Positions 46,568 to 57,463 of a stretch of DNA of 64,000 nucleotides are shown piece by piece (the first letter of the stretch is position 1; every line of letters starts with the position of its first letter). The DNA lies in assembly GCA_001189075.1 (NCBI GenBank), contig LFCN01000006.1, positions 81,605 through 145,604 on the forward strand, in the 5' to 3' direction. This stretch comes from Parcubacteria bacterium C7867-004 (GTDB lineage Bacteria; Patescibacteriota; Minisyncoccia; Phycocordibacterales; Phycocordibacteraceae). The translations under genes and the position numbers were made by a program. The notes beneath the pieces are model-generated. The model saw nothing but the letters and a program-made list of their open reading frames with translations. It did not search any database and had not been told where the DNA came from.

Positions 46568-48715
46568 ATGAATCGCGATTATCCTCTCGAAAAAGTGCGC
46601 AACTTCGGCATCGTGGCCCACGTGGACGCCGGAAAGACGACCACGTCCGAGCGTGTGCTCTTCTACACGGGTTCCCAGCACAAGATAGGTGAGGTGCACG
46701 AGGGTGAGACCACCACCGACTGGATGGAGCAGGAGCGCGAGCGCGGCATCACCATCACCGCTGCCGCTATCACCTGTTTCTGGACCAAGTCGCAGGAGAA
46801 GGACAAGAAGGATATCGCGAAGAAGTACCGCTTCAACGTGATCGACACCCCGGGTCACATCGACTTCACCGCGGAGGTTAAGCGCTCGATGCGCGTGCTC
46901 GACGGAGCCGTGGTTGTGTTCGACGGCGTTGCGGGAGTAGAGCCGCAGTCTGAGACCAACTGGCGCTACGCGGACGAAGCGGGCGTTCCTCGTATTTGTT
47001 TCATCAACAAGCTCGATCGCACGGGTGCTTCGTTCGAGGATTCCTACAAGTCGATTCTTGATCGTCTCTCGAAGAAGGCGGTACGCGCGCAGATTCCTAT
47101 GGGCGCTGAAGGCGACTTCGAGGGCGTCGTTGATCTGCTCTCGATGAAGTCCTACACCTTCACGGGCAACATGGGCGAGGAGGTTATCGAAGGCGAGGTT
47201 CCGGAGAAGTATATGGAGGACGCGAAGAAGTTCCGCGCAGAGCTCGTTGAGCGCATCGTCGAGCATGATGAGGCGCAGATGACCGCGTTCTTCGAGGGCA
47301 ACGAGCCATCGCTCGATGAGCTGAAGGCGACGCTGCGCAAGGCTATCATCGCGAACGAGATCTTCCCGGTCTACACCGGTTCCGCGCTCAAGAACAAGGG
47401 CGTGCAGCTCGTGCTCGATGCGGTCGTCGACTACCTTCCGTCTCCACTCGACCTTCCACCGGTAAAGGGCGTGAACCCGAAGACGGGCGAGGAAGTAGAG
47501 CGCAAGCCGTCGGATGACGAGCCGTTCACGGCGCTCGCGTTCAAGCTCCAGACCGATCCATTCGTGGGAGCACTGACCTTCTTCCGCGTCTACGCGGGAA
47601 CCGTCTCCGCTGGTTCCTACATTTACAACGCGAACACAGGCACCAAGGAGCGCGTTGGACGTATCGTCCGTCTCCAGGCTGACAAGCGCGAGGAAGTGGA
47701 GAAGGTCTTCACCGGAGAGATCGCATCCTTCGTCGGTCTTAAGGACACAAAGACGTCTCACACCCTGTGTGACGAGGCGAATCCAATCGTGCTCGAGCAG
47801 ATCAAGTTCCCTGAGCCCGTCGTGTCGCTTCGCATCGAGCCGAAGACCAAGGCCGACCAGGAGAAGATGGGCATGGCACTTAAGAAGCTTTCGGACGAGG
47901 ACCCTACCTTTAAGATCACATCGGACGAGGAGACTGCGGAGACCATCATCGCGGGCATGGGCGAGCTCCATCTCGAGATCCTCGTCGACCGCATGCAGCG
48001 CGAGTTCAACGTGGGCGCGAACGTGGGCAAGCCGCAGGTGGCATACCGCGAGACCATCATGGGAACCGCCGACGTCGACAACAAGTACATCAAGCAGACG
48101 GGAGGTAAGGGTCAGTACGGTCATGTGAAGATCAAGGTGAAGCACATGGAGCCGGTAGATCCTGAGGCCAAGGTCGCGAAGAACGTGACCCGCGAGGATC
48201 ACTTCGAGTTCATAAACAACATCAAGGGAGGTGTCATCCCGTCGGAATACTTCAATCCTATTGAGAAGGGTATCCGCGAGGCGATGAACCGCGGCGTGCT
48301 CGCCGGCTTCCAGATGGTGGACGTGTCCGTTGATCTCTACGACGGGTCCTTCCATGACGTGGACTCTTCGGAAATCGCCTTCAAGATCGCGGCATCCCAG
48401 GCATTCCAGGAAGCGGCCCAGAAAGCGAAGCCCGTTATCCTCGAGCCAATCATGAACGTCGAGGTAGTCATCCCTGAGCAGTTCATGGGAGACATCACCG
48501 GAAACCTTTCCGGAAAGCGCGGTGCTATCGAGGGCATGGAGGATCGCGGCATGAACAAGGCGGTTCACGCCAAGGTGCCGCTCTCTGAGATGTTCGGATA
48601 CACCACCACCCTCCGCTCGATGACGGAAGGTCGCGGAAGCATGACGATGGAGTTCGACCATTACGAGGTGGTCCCATCCAACGTCGCGGCTGATATCATC
48701 GCGAGCAGGAAGTAA
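46568..48715 (+). CDS. fusA: Elongation factor G
   Basis: AHVDAGKTT, RGITI, DTPGH, NKLD and GMGELHL. Confidence 0.98.
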   Translation: MNRDYPLEKVRNFGIVAHVDAGKTTTSERVLFYTGSQHKIGEVHEGETTTDWMEQERERGITITAAAITCFWTKSQEKDKKDIAKKYRFNVIDTPGHIDFTAEVKRSMRVLDGAVVVFDGVAGVEPQSETNWRYADEAGVPRICFINKLDRTGASFEDSYKSILDRLSKKAVRAQIPMGAEGDFEGVVDLLSMKSYTFTGNMGEEVIEGEVPEKYMEDAKKFRAELVERIVEHDEAQMTAFFEGNEPSLDELKATLRKAIIANEIFPVYTGSALKNKGVQLVLDAVVDYLPSPLDLPPVKGVNPKTGEEVERKPSDDEPFTALAFKLQTDPFVGALTFFRVYAGTVSAGSYIYNANTGTKERVGRIVRLQADKREEVEKVFTGEIASFVGLKDTKTSHTLCDEANPIVLEQIKFPEPVVSLRIEPKTKADQEKMGMALKKLSDEDPTFKITSDEETAETIIAGMGELHLEILVDRMQREFNVGANVGKPQVAYRETIMGTADVDNKYIKQTGGKGQYGHVKIKVKHMEPVDPEAKVAKNVTREDHFEFINNIKGGVIPSEYFNPIEKGIREAMNRGVLAGFQMVDVSVDLYDGSFHDVDSSEIAFKIAASQAFQEAAQKAKPVILEPIMNVEVVIPEQFMGDITGNLSGKRGAIEGMEDRGMNKAVHAKVPLSEMFGYTTTLRSMTEGRGSMTMEFDHYEVVPSNVAADIIASRK

Positions 48716-48725
48716 TCGAATATTG

Positions 48726-48771
48726 GTGATACAAAAAGAGCCGCTTCTTTAAGCGGCTCTTTTTGTATCAC
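48726..48771. terminator. Terminator after fusA (perfect 21-bp inverted repeat)
   Basis: GTGATACAAAAAGAGCCGCTT-CTTT-AAGCGGCTCTTTTTGTATCAC. Confidence 0.85.
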
Positions 48772-48821
48772 TGTACACACAACTTCCTCTTCATGAGGCG
48801 GCTTCATGCTACCGTTTTCAT

Positions 48822-49484
48822 ATGATCACAAAACGAACTAAATTAATGCTTGCGGTGCTCGTGCTGGTTGCGATTGGTGCCTATGCGTATCTCTATTGGT
48901 GGAGCCGCACTCCAGATCACGGATTCCTCGATACTATCCCGGTAGTGCACGATGCTTCGAACAAAGCATCGAAGGCGGTTATCACGCCGAAACCCGGAGC
49001 ACCTGCTCCAGGCACGGGAACTGTAACCCCGACCGAAGGAAACACGACAACGCCGTCGACTACCTACAAGACCTATGAAAGCTCGGAGACCGATCGTGCC
49101 TACAGCTTCGCGTATCCGGACAACTGGAGCGTTAACCAGAACCGAGTGAACGAAGTAACCACGGTCTGTATCAGCAACGAAGGTGGGGACGGCGGATGCC
49201 TCGTTTCGCTCACTATCACGAAGGTAGATCAGAATGTGAACGTTGGTCGCACATTGGAAGACCTCAAAGCCGAATTCAGAAAGGGAAGCGTGAAGCAGTC
49301 CTCGCGCACCATCGGCGGCGAGAGCGCTCAGGTCCTGAAGGTTTCCGGCTACCCGGCTGACGAGCAGAACTCCACTCGCGCCGCAGTCTTCCAGAAGGGT
49401 GAGTACGTCTACGTCCTCGAGACCATGCCCGGCCGCGAAGATATGTTCGATCGAGTCGCAGACTCCTTCCTCTTCAGGATGTAG
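48822..49484 (+). CDS. Membrane-anchored surface protein (PsbP-like domain)
   Basis: N-terminal TM, Pro/Thr linker, YSFAYPDNW...IGGESA...FDRVADSF pattern. Confidence 0.75.
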   Translation: MITKRTKLMLAVLVLVAIGAYAYLYWWSRTPDHGFLDTIPVVHDASNKASKAVITPKPGAPAPGTGTVTPTEGNTTTPSTTYKTYESSETDRAYSFAYPDNWSVNQNRVNEVTTVCISNEGGDGGCLVSLTITKVDQNVNVGRTLEDLKAEFRKGSVKQSSRTIGGESAQVLKVSGYPADEQNSTRAAVFQKGEYVYVLETMPGREDMFDRVADSFLFRM

Positions 49485-49625
49485 TCGGAGAATATCTCTC
49501 ACAAAAACAGCCGCGCACGCGGCTGTTTTTGTGTTCTAACGATTAATCCACCCCATGATCGCTTCTGGACTTGCTGCTCGCGAGCCGGTGCTATGCTTTT
49601 GGTAGGTCATAGGGAAGGAACCATC

Positions 49626-49805
49626 ATGGCTGACGACCCGCTCGACGGAACGGCCAAAGGGTCGGACGAGGAAGGGGCACGATTCAGGATTCACACTGAT
49701 CGTGGACGGCAACAACAGCCTCAGTATCACCCCTTCGCATGGGGCCAGCACTACGCCAAGCGCAGGGAACATGAGGTCCCTTCGGAACTCCCTCTATATA
49801 TCTAA
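49626..49805 (+). CDS. Small hypothetical protein (59 aa, orphan cassette)
   Basis: TGCTATGCT candidate -10, SD GGAAGGA and a downstream hairpin plus CTTTCTTTC. Confidence 0.5.
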   Translation: MADDPLDGTAKGSDEEGARFRIHTDRGRQQQPQYHPFAWGQHYAKRREHEVPSELPLYI

Positions 49806-49865
49806 TTGATACGGCCCTCGTCCGTATCGAGACGACCCCCATCCGGTCGCCTCTTTCTTTCTGTC

Positions 49866-49894
49866 TTGACCATATGTCTGGGCTCGGGTACTTT
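49866..49894 (+). promoter_or_regulatory. sigma70-type promoter of tuf-rpsJ
   Basis: TTGACC-17-TACTTT. Confidence 0.65.
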
Positions 49895-50078
49895 AGTAAG
49901 TAACGCGAAATACGGCGCTCTTTTGATATCTCCCTCTCCTAACCGGAGGCCGGGTGGCTCAAAGGCGTTGCGCGGGTTCAGTCCGCCCGAGCCTTGGTCG
50001 CCTGTCTCCGTCCATCGGAAGAAGGCAGGCGCGGCGGCGAAAAATTACTTTTAGCTACCAGTAAACCTACCAATTCGT

Positions 50079-51281
<1,203 letters not shown>

Positions 51282-51301
51282 CCGGATCAACTCTTACTCG
51301 T

Positions 51302-51658
51302 ATGGCTACCACCGCGAAGAAGACCGCTAAGAAGGAGGCCGCTCCTGCGAGCGAGCCGAAGCTCCGGATCCGGGTGCGTGCCTACGAGCACAAGATCCTG
51401 GACCTCTCGGTGAAGCAGATCATGGACACCGCTAATCGCTTCGATGCGAAGATCGTCGGTCCGGTTCCGCTTCCTACCGAGATCAAGCGATGGACCGTGA
51501 ACCGCTCATCGTTCGTCTACAAGGACGCGCGCGAGCAGTTCGAGATGCGCATCCACAAGCGCCTCATCGACATCCTCTCGCCGAACCCGAAGGTCATTGA
51601 GGCTCTCACGAATCTCACCCTTCCGTCAGGCGTGACGATCGATGTGAAGATGGTCTAA
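51302..51658 (+). CDS. rpsJ: 30S ribosomal protein S10
   Basis: GPVPLPT and [15 protein letters not shown]. Confidence 0.97.
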   Translation: MATTAKKTAKKEAAPASEPKLRIRVRAYEHKILDLSVKQIMDTANRFDAKIVGPVPLPTEIKRWTVNRSSFVYKDAREQFEMRIHKRLIDILSPNPKVIEALTNLTLPSGVTIDVKMV

Positions 51659-51668
51659 CGACCTGAAC

Positions 51669-51708
51669 GCAAAACGCCCCGACAAACGTCGGGGCGTTTT
51701 GCTTTTTT
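51669..51708 (+). terminator. Terminator after rpsJ
   Basis: GCAAAACGCCCCGAC-AAAC-GTCGGGGCGTTTTGC followed by T-run. Confidence 0.85.
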
Positions 51709-51759
51709 CTTCACGCAGCGTGCGGTATGCTCTCACTCTGATCTTTTTAGGAGTGCTCG

Positions 51760-52053
51760 ATGAGCAGGATGCCTGGAAAGCCTACGCAAGAACGGCGGAG
51801 AGAGCTTAGTAGGCTCAGCGGAGCTTGGAGCGTCCTGGTCCCTGATCCGGAGGCAGCTTCGAGAGCGATCGCTGATCGGCCGATGATCTCGCCGAATGAT
51901 CCTCTGTTGTCCTTGGCGAAACCGGATAAGCCTCCGCCAAAACGGCCTCCGTACGTACCGTTCAGGGATGCTCTAGGACGATTCGCCATCAATCCCAAAT
52001 ACAAATTAAGGTACAAGAGGCGCCCTTCCCGGACCGTTAAGCCGCGAGCATAG
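51760..52053 (+). CDS. Small basic Pro/Arg-rich hypothetical protein between rpsJ and rplC
   Basis: -10 TATGCT, SD TAGGAG (51748-51753) and terminator GCCGCGAGC-ATA-GCTTGCGGC overlapping the stop. Confidence 0.55.
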   Translation: MSRMPGKPTQERRRELSRLSGAWSVLVPDPEAASRAIADRPMISPNDPLLSLAKPDKPPPKRPPYVPFRDALGRFAINPKYKLRYKRRPSRTVKPRA

Positions 52054-52069
52054 CTTGCGGCTGTTTTAT

Positions 52070-52098
52070 TTGCATTTCGGAGCTGCGGCCTGTATAGT
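52070..52098 (+). promoter_or_regulatory. sigma70-type promoter of rplC-rplB
   Basis: TTGCAT-17-TATAGT. Confidence 0.65.
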
Positions 52099-52194
52099 CC
52101 TTCTGTTGCTACGTACGGCTCTTCGGAGCCGGACCAATGGCCGGGAAGCCCCTCTGGGGTCGAACGCGCTATTGAAGGCGCGATTTCCATTTCT

Positions 52195-52812
52195 ATGAAA
52201 TTCATCCTCGCCCGCAAAGGCCGCATGACCCAAATCTTCGATGAGAAGGGTACTGTTTCTGCTGCTACCCTGGTTACCGCCGGCCCTATGGTTGTGACGC
52301 AGGTGAAGGGCGCGGACACCAAGGACGGCTACTCGGCTATCCAGGTCGGTTTCGAAGGCCAGAAAGCTCAGCGCATCGCGAAGCCGGTCCTCGGACACAC
52401 TAAGGGCGTTCCGTACAAGGTTCTCAAGGAATTCCGAGTCGAAGATACTGCCGGCCTCGCGCTCGGCGATGAGATCAAGGTTGATACCTTCGCTGAGGGC
52501 GACAGCATCGTCGTTACCTCGACCTCGAAGGGTCACGGCTTCGCCGGCGTCGTTAAGCGCCATGGCTTCCATGGCGGACGCCGTTCGCACGGCCAGAAGC
52601 ACTCCGAGCGCGAGCCGGGATCGATCGGAGGAGGAGGTCGCGCGGGAGGTCGCGTCATCAAGGGCATGCGCATGGGTGGACGCATGGGAAATGATCGCGT
52701 AACCATTAAGAACCTTCGTGTTCTTAAGGTGGATGCGGCTACCGGCGAGATGCTCATCTCCGGTGCTATCCCGGGCGCTCCAGGCGCACTCGTCGAGATC
52801 CGCTCGATGTAA
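52195..52812 (+). CDS. rplC: 50S ribosomal protein L3
   Basis: KGRMTQIF, DGYSAIQVG, KGHGFAGVVKR and REPGSIG. Confidence 0.97.
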   Translation: MKFILARKGRMTQIFDEKGTVSAATLVTAGPMVVTQVKGADTKDGYSAIQVGFEGQKAQRIAKPVLGHTKGVPYKVLKEFRVEDTAGLALGDEIKVDTFAEGDSIVVTSTSKGHGFAGVVKRHGFHGGRRSHGQKHSEREPGSIGGGGRAGGRVIKGMRMGGRMGNDRVTIKNLRVLKVDAATGEMLISGAIPGAPGALVEIRSM

Positions 52813-52822
52813 TTTTCGTACT

Positions 52823-53587
52823 ATGGCTACTACTGCAACAAAACGAGCTCCTGCCAAGAAGGCCGCCCCTAAGAAGGCAGCAGTGGCTAAGGCTGCACCT
52901 GCTCCGAAGAAGGAGGTCTCGCTCGAGGCAACCGTCTGGTCCAACGCAGGAGCGAAGGCGTCTACCGTTTCTCTCCCTCCTGAGCTCTTCGCTGCGCAGT
53001 GGAACGCTGACCTCGTGCACCAGGTCGTTATCGGCATGCAGGCGAACGCTCGCCCGGTAACCGCGCACACTAAGTTCCGTGGTGAAGTATCCGGTGGTGG
53101 TAAGAAGCCATGGAAACAGAAGGGTACCGGCCGCGCTCGTCACGGCTCGAACCGCTCTCCGATCTGGAAGGGAGGAGGTGTAACCCACGGTCCTCGCGCA
53201 GAGAAGGTCTACGCAGTGAAGATCAACCGCAAGATGCGTGTTGCAGCACTCGCGTCGGTGCTCTCCCGCAAGCTCCGTGATGGCCAGATCATCTTCGTCG
53301 ACTCGTTCGGCTTCCAGAACCCGAAGACCAAGGACGCAAAGGCAATGCTCGTCGCAATTGCGAACGGTTCCGGAACGAAGGAGCTCGTCACCAAGCGCAA
53401 GAATGCAGCGGTCGTCGCATTCGCGAAGAAGGATTCGGCTTCCGAGAAGTCGTTCCGTAACATCGGCAGCCTTACGCTCGCTGAGGTGCGCAACATCAAC
53501 CCGGTCGATCTGATGACGAAGAAGTATCTCGTTATCGAGAATCCGGCTGAAGCACTTCCAGTCCTCATGAGCCGCCTCTCTAAGTAA
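52823..53587 (+). CDS. rplD: 50S ribosomal protein L4 (K/A/P-rich N-terminal extension)
   Basis: GEVSGGGKKPWKQKGTGRARHGS. Confidence 0.97.
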   Translation: MATTATKRAPAKKAAPKKAAVAKAAPAPKKEVSLEATVWSNAGAKASTVSLPPELFAAQWNADLVHQVVIGMQANARPVTAHTKFRGEVSGGGKKPWKQKGTGRARHGSNRSPIWKGGGVTHGPRAEKVYAVKINRKMRVAALASVLSRKLRDGQIIFVDSFGFQNPKTKDAKAMLVAIANGSGTKELVTKRKNAAVVAFAKKDSASEKSFRNIGSLTLAEVRNINPVDLMTKKYLVIENPAEALPVLMSRLSK

Positions 53588-53594
53588 CTGATAT

Positions 53595-53972
53595 ATGGCA
53601 CTCTTTTCAAACGACAAGAAGGAAGTTAAGGCAAAGAAGCCTAAGTCGACGACCCGTAACTGGGGCCGGGGTGTTCTGGCTGCCGACGACGCGCGCCTCG
53701 CGAACGTCCTCAAGCGCCCGTGGTTCTCTGAGAAGGCGCTTATCGGCACCGAGAGCGGCGTCTACGTCTTCGAAGTGGCAGAGAGCGCAACTAAGCTCGA
53801 TGTCGCCAACGCGGTGATGAAGGCATACAATGTGACGCCTGCTAAGGTCCGCATGACGAACCTTCCTGCGAAGTCGGTCTCGCTGCGCACCCGCCGTGGC
53901 CAGGGAACCCGCTCGCGCCGCCACAAGGCATATGTGTACCTCAAGAAGGGCGACACGATTCAGTTCGCGTAA
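53595..53972 (+). CDS. rplW: 50S ribosomal protein L23
   Basis: P.FSEKA, YVFEV...ATK and KAYVYLKKG. Confidence 0.95.
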   Translation: MALFSNDKKEVKAKKPKSTTRNWGRGVLAADDARLANVLKRPWFSEKALIGTESGVYVFEVAESATKLDVANAVMKAYNVTPAKVRMTNLPAKSVSLRTRRGQGTRSRRHKAYVYLKKGDTIQFA

Positions 53973-53982
53973 TCTCTAGAAC

Positions 53983-54828
53983 ATGAAGTCTTTCAAGCCA
54001 ACATCCAAGAGCCGCCGCAGCATGACCGTCGTCACGTACCGTGACGTGCTTACGCCGGGCGTAAAACCACACAAGGCGCTCCTCTCGAAGAAGAAGAACC
54101 AGGCTGGCCGCAACAACGCGGGCCGCATCACCACGCGTCATCAGGGCGGAGGCAACAAGAAGATGCTTCGTGACGTTGATTTCAAGTACAACAAGCACAA
54201 CATCCCTGCGAGGATCGAGACCATCGAGTACGATCCGTACCGCACCGCGTTCATCGCGCTCGTCGTATACGCTGATGGAGAAAGGCGCTACGTAACCGCA
54301 CCGAAGGAGATGAAGGTAGGCGACTCGTTCATCGTTGGCGAGGACGTTCCGGTTAAGATCGGCAACCGTCTTCCACTCGGAAAGATCCCCTCCGGAACCT
54401 TCGTATACAACATGGAGCTTCGCGCAGGAGCTGGCGCACGCATCGCGCGTTCCGCTGGAAACTACGCCGAGGTTGTCGCGCATGACGCAGGCTACGCTCA
54501 GGTGAAGCTCCCATCGAGCGAGGTACGCAAGGTCTCTGAGCTCGCGTGGGCATCGGTAGGCGCCGTGGGCAACGAGGAACAGCGCCTCCAGAACTACGGA
54601 AAGGCCGGTAAGAGTCGTTGGAAGGGAATCCGCCCAACGGTGCGCGGTACTGCCATGAACCCGGTTGATCACCCGCACGGAGGTGGTGAAGGAAAGCAGG
54701 GTCGTGGACTCCGCCGAGCGAAGAGCATGTGGGGCAAGCCGACCGGAAAGGGACAGAAGACCCGCACTCCGAAGAAGTACTCCAACAAGTTCATCGTCTC
54801 CCGCCGCAAGGTCGGAAAGAAGCGATAG
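53983..54828 (+). CDS. rplB: 50S ribosomal protein L2
   Basis: GRNNAGRIT, IEYDPYR and AMNPVDHPHGGGEG. Confidence 0.98.
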   Translation: MKSFKPTSKSRRSMTVVTYRDVLTPGVKPHKALLSKKKNQAGRNNAGRITTRHQGGGNKKMLRDVDFKYNKHNIPARIETIEYDPYRTAFIALVVYADGERRYVTAPKEMKVGDSFIVGEDVPVKIGNRLPLGKIPSGTFVYNMELRAGAGARIARSAGNYAEVVAHDAGYAQVKLPSSEVRKVSELAWASVGAVGNEEQRLQNYGKAGKSRWKGIRPTVRGTAMNPVDHPHGGGEGKQGRGLRRAKSMWGKPTGKGQKTRTPKKYSNKFIVSRRKVGKKR

Positions 54829-54834
54829 GCAAAC

Positions 54835-54865
54835 CAAAAACCCGAGTCCACGACTCGGGTTTTTG
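54835..54865. terminator. Terminator after rplB
   Basis: CAAAAACCCGAGTC-CAC-GACTCGGGTTTTTG. Confidence 0.85.
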
Positions 54866-54901
54866 CTTCTCATCCTTAGGGTATAGTTACTGAAACTAAA
54901 C

Positions 54902-55744
54902 ATGCACCGCATAGACATTAAGGAGCTGGAAACGATGGGACGAGCGTACGTCTCATACGAGCCTGACCTGCGTGCGGGCGTCGAAGAGGCCGTCGATGCG
55001 TGGAAAGCGTTCTGCCTGCTCCCGGAAGAGTTGAAACTGAAGTTCCCGTATTCTTCCGACGCGAAGGTGAGCGGGAACGGATACGAACTTAAGAAAGATC
55101 TAGGGAGTGCTGACCTCAAGGAGGATTTCCATCTGCGTGTCGCGGTCCGGGACTGGCTCATGGAAAGCGCGGAGGCGGTCGATCCGGTCGTCACGCCGGA
55201 CTTCGTCGAGAAGGCGCTCGCCGTCAACGAACTCATAGCGCCGTTGCTCCGTGAATTCGGAGAAGCTGTGGAGCAAAAGCACGGTATACCGGGCTTTGCC
55301 GATGACATCATGGCGAAACAGCCCTTCTGGCTCCTTCGCTTCCTGCACTATTTCGGCGACCGAGAACCAGGCGACGAGATAGCCGCGCCGCATGTCGACA
55401 AAGGTGGCTTCACGCTCCATCTGTACGAGAGCGATCGCGGCGTCGAGCAGCTCACCTATGCGGATAAGCAGTGGGTGCCGATGCCGCTCTCGCATGATCA
55501 GACCGTGATCATTCCCGGTATGGGCCTGCAGAACCGCTCGAAGGGAGTGCTCAGAGCGACCTGCCACCGCGTCGTTGCTACCGAGGAGTCAGCGAAGCAG
55601 GGACGATACTCAGCCGTCTGTTTCTTCAATTTCAATAACGTGCGGTTCTACGACAAGGAACGCTTTGGTCGTCTGCAGAATTGGGAACCGGGCGCTTTCT
55701 ACGACATGCCGTTCGAAGAATTCGACAAGCTGTTTATTGACTAG
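54902..55744 (+). CDS. 2-oxoglutarate/Fe(II)-dependent dioxygenase (isopenicillin N synthase-like)
   Basis: LRFLHY, HVD (HxD) + GFTL, HRV (distal His) and RYS (RxS). Confidence 0.85.
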   Translation: MHRIDIKELETMGRAYVSYEPDLRAGVEEAVDAWKAFCLLPEELKLKFPYSSDAKVSGNGYELKKDLGSADLKEDFHLRVAVRDWLMESAEAVDPVVTPDFVEKALAVNELIAPLLREFGEAVEQKHGIPGFADDIMAKQPFWLLRFLHYFGDREPGDEIAAPHVDKGGFTLHLYESDRGVEQLTYADKQWVPMPLSHDQTVIIPGMGLQNRSKGVLRATCHRVVATEESAKQGRYSAVCFFNFNNVRFYDKERFGRLQNWEPGAFYDMPFEEFDKLFID

Positions 55745-56564
55745 CTGCGGGCTTGTACGCGGGGCGTAGGATATCCGCGAGATCGGTAAGGGGAATAGAG
55801 ACTGCCTGGGGTCCTGCAGCGTATGACGCAACCTGATAGGGCGGGAAGACGATAACCAGATTTCCTTCCTCGATCCAGAAGTTCTCAAAGCTCTCGAGCT
55901 CAGGCTTCGTGCCGTCCGCGATATAGTCTTTATCGGCGAATTCCCCCAGATCTGCTTCAAGCTGGATTCTCGCCGCGGTTGAGATGCGTCCCAAATACGG
56001 AGCTTTTGGCAGGAAAAGATCGCCGAGACCGAGCTCCTTTCCGCTCACGCTATCGAATGTGAAGGTTCGATAGAAGGAATTCGAATGCGCGCCGAGGGTG
56101 TCGAGGTAGAGATAGTACACATACGAGATTGTACTCGTGCTCACATGCTCGTCGTACGTAATCTCCAGACTCTCTTTCCGCTCATCGAGCCGCATGATCT
56201 GGATATCCTCGCGGCTGAGATTCGCGAAGTTGCCCTCGCGCTTGAAGTCCGCAATCGTGGTCTCGACGAATGCTTTCATCGATCCAACTGCGGCGACGTC
56301 AGCCTTTGCGTTCGCGCTTGTCTTAAGGGGCGTTTCGGCAGGGAAAGTGGTCTTAATGTCGTAATAGGTGGCGTGCTCCTCGATCGTCTGGGCAGGAAGG
56401 GGTCCGATCGGGGTGGTAGTCGCTACTTCAGGCGGTACATAGGGCGCTGGCGCAGGATGAGTCATCACGTACCAGATCGTGAAGGCGAGTATAAGGAGGA
56501 AAAGCAGACCGGCCCCCAGTATCTCAAGGGTCCGGACGCTCGGGCGGTGTATCGTGATCATCAT
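55734..56564 (-). CDS. RsiV-like DUF4163/DUF3298 membrane-anchored protein
   Basis: TM, GAH, TFD..GKEL.LGDLF and F.PYQVASYAAG. Confidence 0.8.
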   Translation of the reverse strand: MMITIHRPSVRTLEILGAGLLFLLILAFTIWYVMTHPAPAPYVPPEVATTTPIGPLPAQTIEEHATYYDIKTTFPAETPLKTSANAKADVAAVGSMKAFVETTIADFKREGNFANLSREDIQIMRLDERKESLEITYDEHVSTSTISYVYYLYLDTLGAHSNSFYRTFTFDSVSGKELGLGDLFLPKAPYLGRISTAARIQLEADLGEFADKDYIADGTKPELESFENFWIEEGNLVIVFPPYQVASYAAGPQAVSIPLTDLADILRPAYKPAASQ

Positions 56565-56632
56565 CTCAGTATACGACCCCTTCCCAGAGACTCCCTTTTA
56601 CTGGTCGGGGAGAGCGCTTCCGGCCCGTATGT

Positions 56633-56661
56633 TTGACACTTTCCTGGCTTTCATATAGATT
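56633..56661 (+). promoter_or_regulatory. sigma70-type promoter of rpsS-rplE
   Basis: TTGACA-17-TAGATT. Confidence 0.75.
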
Positions 56662-56699
56662 TTACCTATCCCGCCTGGCGGGCTTTCCATTGTCTATCC

Positions 56700-57050
56700 A
56701 TGTCACGCTCCCTTAAGAAAGGCCCATACGTCGACCTGAAGCTCCTCAAGAAGGTTCAGGACAAGAAGCCGTCATCGACCCCGGCTATTAAGACGTGGGC
56801 CCGCAGGAGCCAGATTGCGCCTGAGTTCGTCGGATTCACCTTCGGCGTCCATAACGGCCAGAAGCATGTAGACGTCCTCGTTTCCGAGGAGATGGTTGGC
56901 CACTACCTCGGCGAGTTCTCCCCGACGAAGAAATTCGTCCGTCACGGAGGAAAGATGCAGAAGCAGCTTGAGCAGAAGAAGCAGCAGGCTGAGATAACCG
57001 CCGCTAAGGCCGCAAAGGCAGCTCCCGCAGCGCCTTCTAAGAAGAAATAA
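56700..57050 (+). CDS. rpsS: 30S ribosomal protein S19
   Basis: [10 protein letters not shown] and [12 protein letters not shown]. Confidence 0.97.
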   Translation: MSRSLKKGPYVDLKLLKKVQDKKPSSTPAIKTWARRSQIAPEFVGFTFGVHNGQKHVDVLVSEEMVGHYLGEFSPTKKFVRHGGKMQKQLEQKKQQAEITAAKAAKAAPAAPSKKK

Positions 57051-57052
57051 TC

Positions 57053-57457
57053 ATGGCATCCGTTGGAACTCACAAGCAGCCGGCAGCCGCACGTAAGGCG
57101 GAACAGAAGAGCGCAATCCGCGCTGAGCTTTCGACGTACAATCAGTCTCCTCGCAAGGTCCGTCTCGTTACCGACCTCGTGAAGGGGAAGCGTGTTGCTG
57201 ACGCTATCGTCGCCCTTACCTTCCTCCCGAAGCGCGCAGGCCTTCCAATCAAGAAGCTTATCGAGTCCGCAGCTGCCAGCGCGAAGAGCCAGGGCAAGGA
57301 TATGGAGAGTCTCCGCGTCGCCGACATCCGCGTCGACAGTGCCGGCATGCTCGTTCGTGCGATGCCGCGCGCTATGGGCCGTTCAGCACCTATCCGCCGC
57401 CGCCGTTCTCGCGTTATCGTCCGCCTTTCAAGTACTGACAGCGCTCCTGCCGCATAA
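57053..57457 (+). CDS. rplV: 50S ribosomal protein L22
   Basis: SPRKVRLV.DLVKG and PRAMGR. Confidence 0.95.
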   Translation: MASVGTHKQPAAARKAEQKSAIRAELSTYNQSPRKVRLVTDLVKGKRVADAIVALTFLPKRAGLPIKKLIESAAASAKSQGKDMESLRVADIRVDSAGMLVRAMPRAMGRSAPIRRRRSRVIVRLSSTDSAPAA

Positions 57458-57463
57458 CTTTCC

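Noticed and set aside
49950-50040. tRNA or SRP RNA upstream of tuf
   Set aside because: No complete cloverleaf and no SRP domain IV consensus; kept only as a structured leader.
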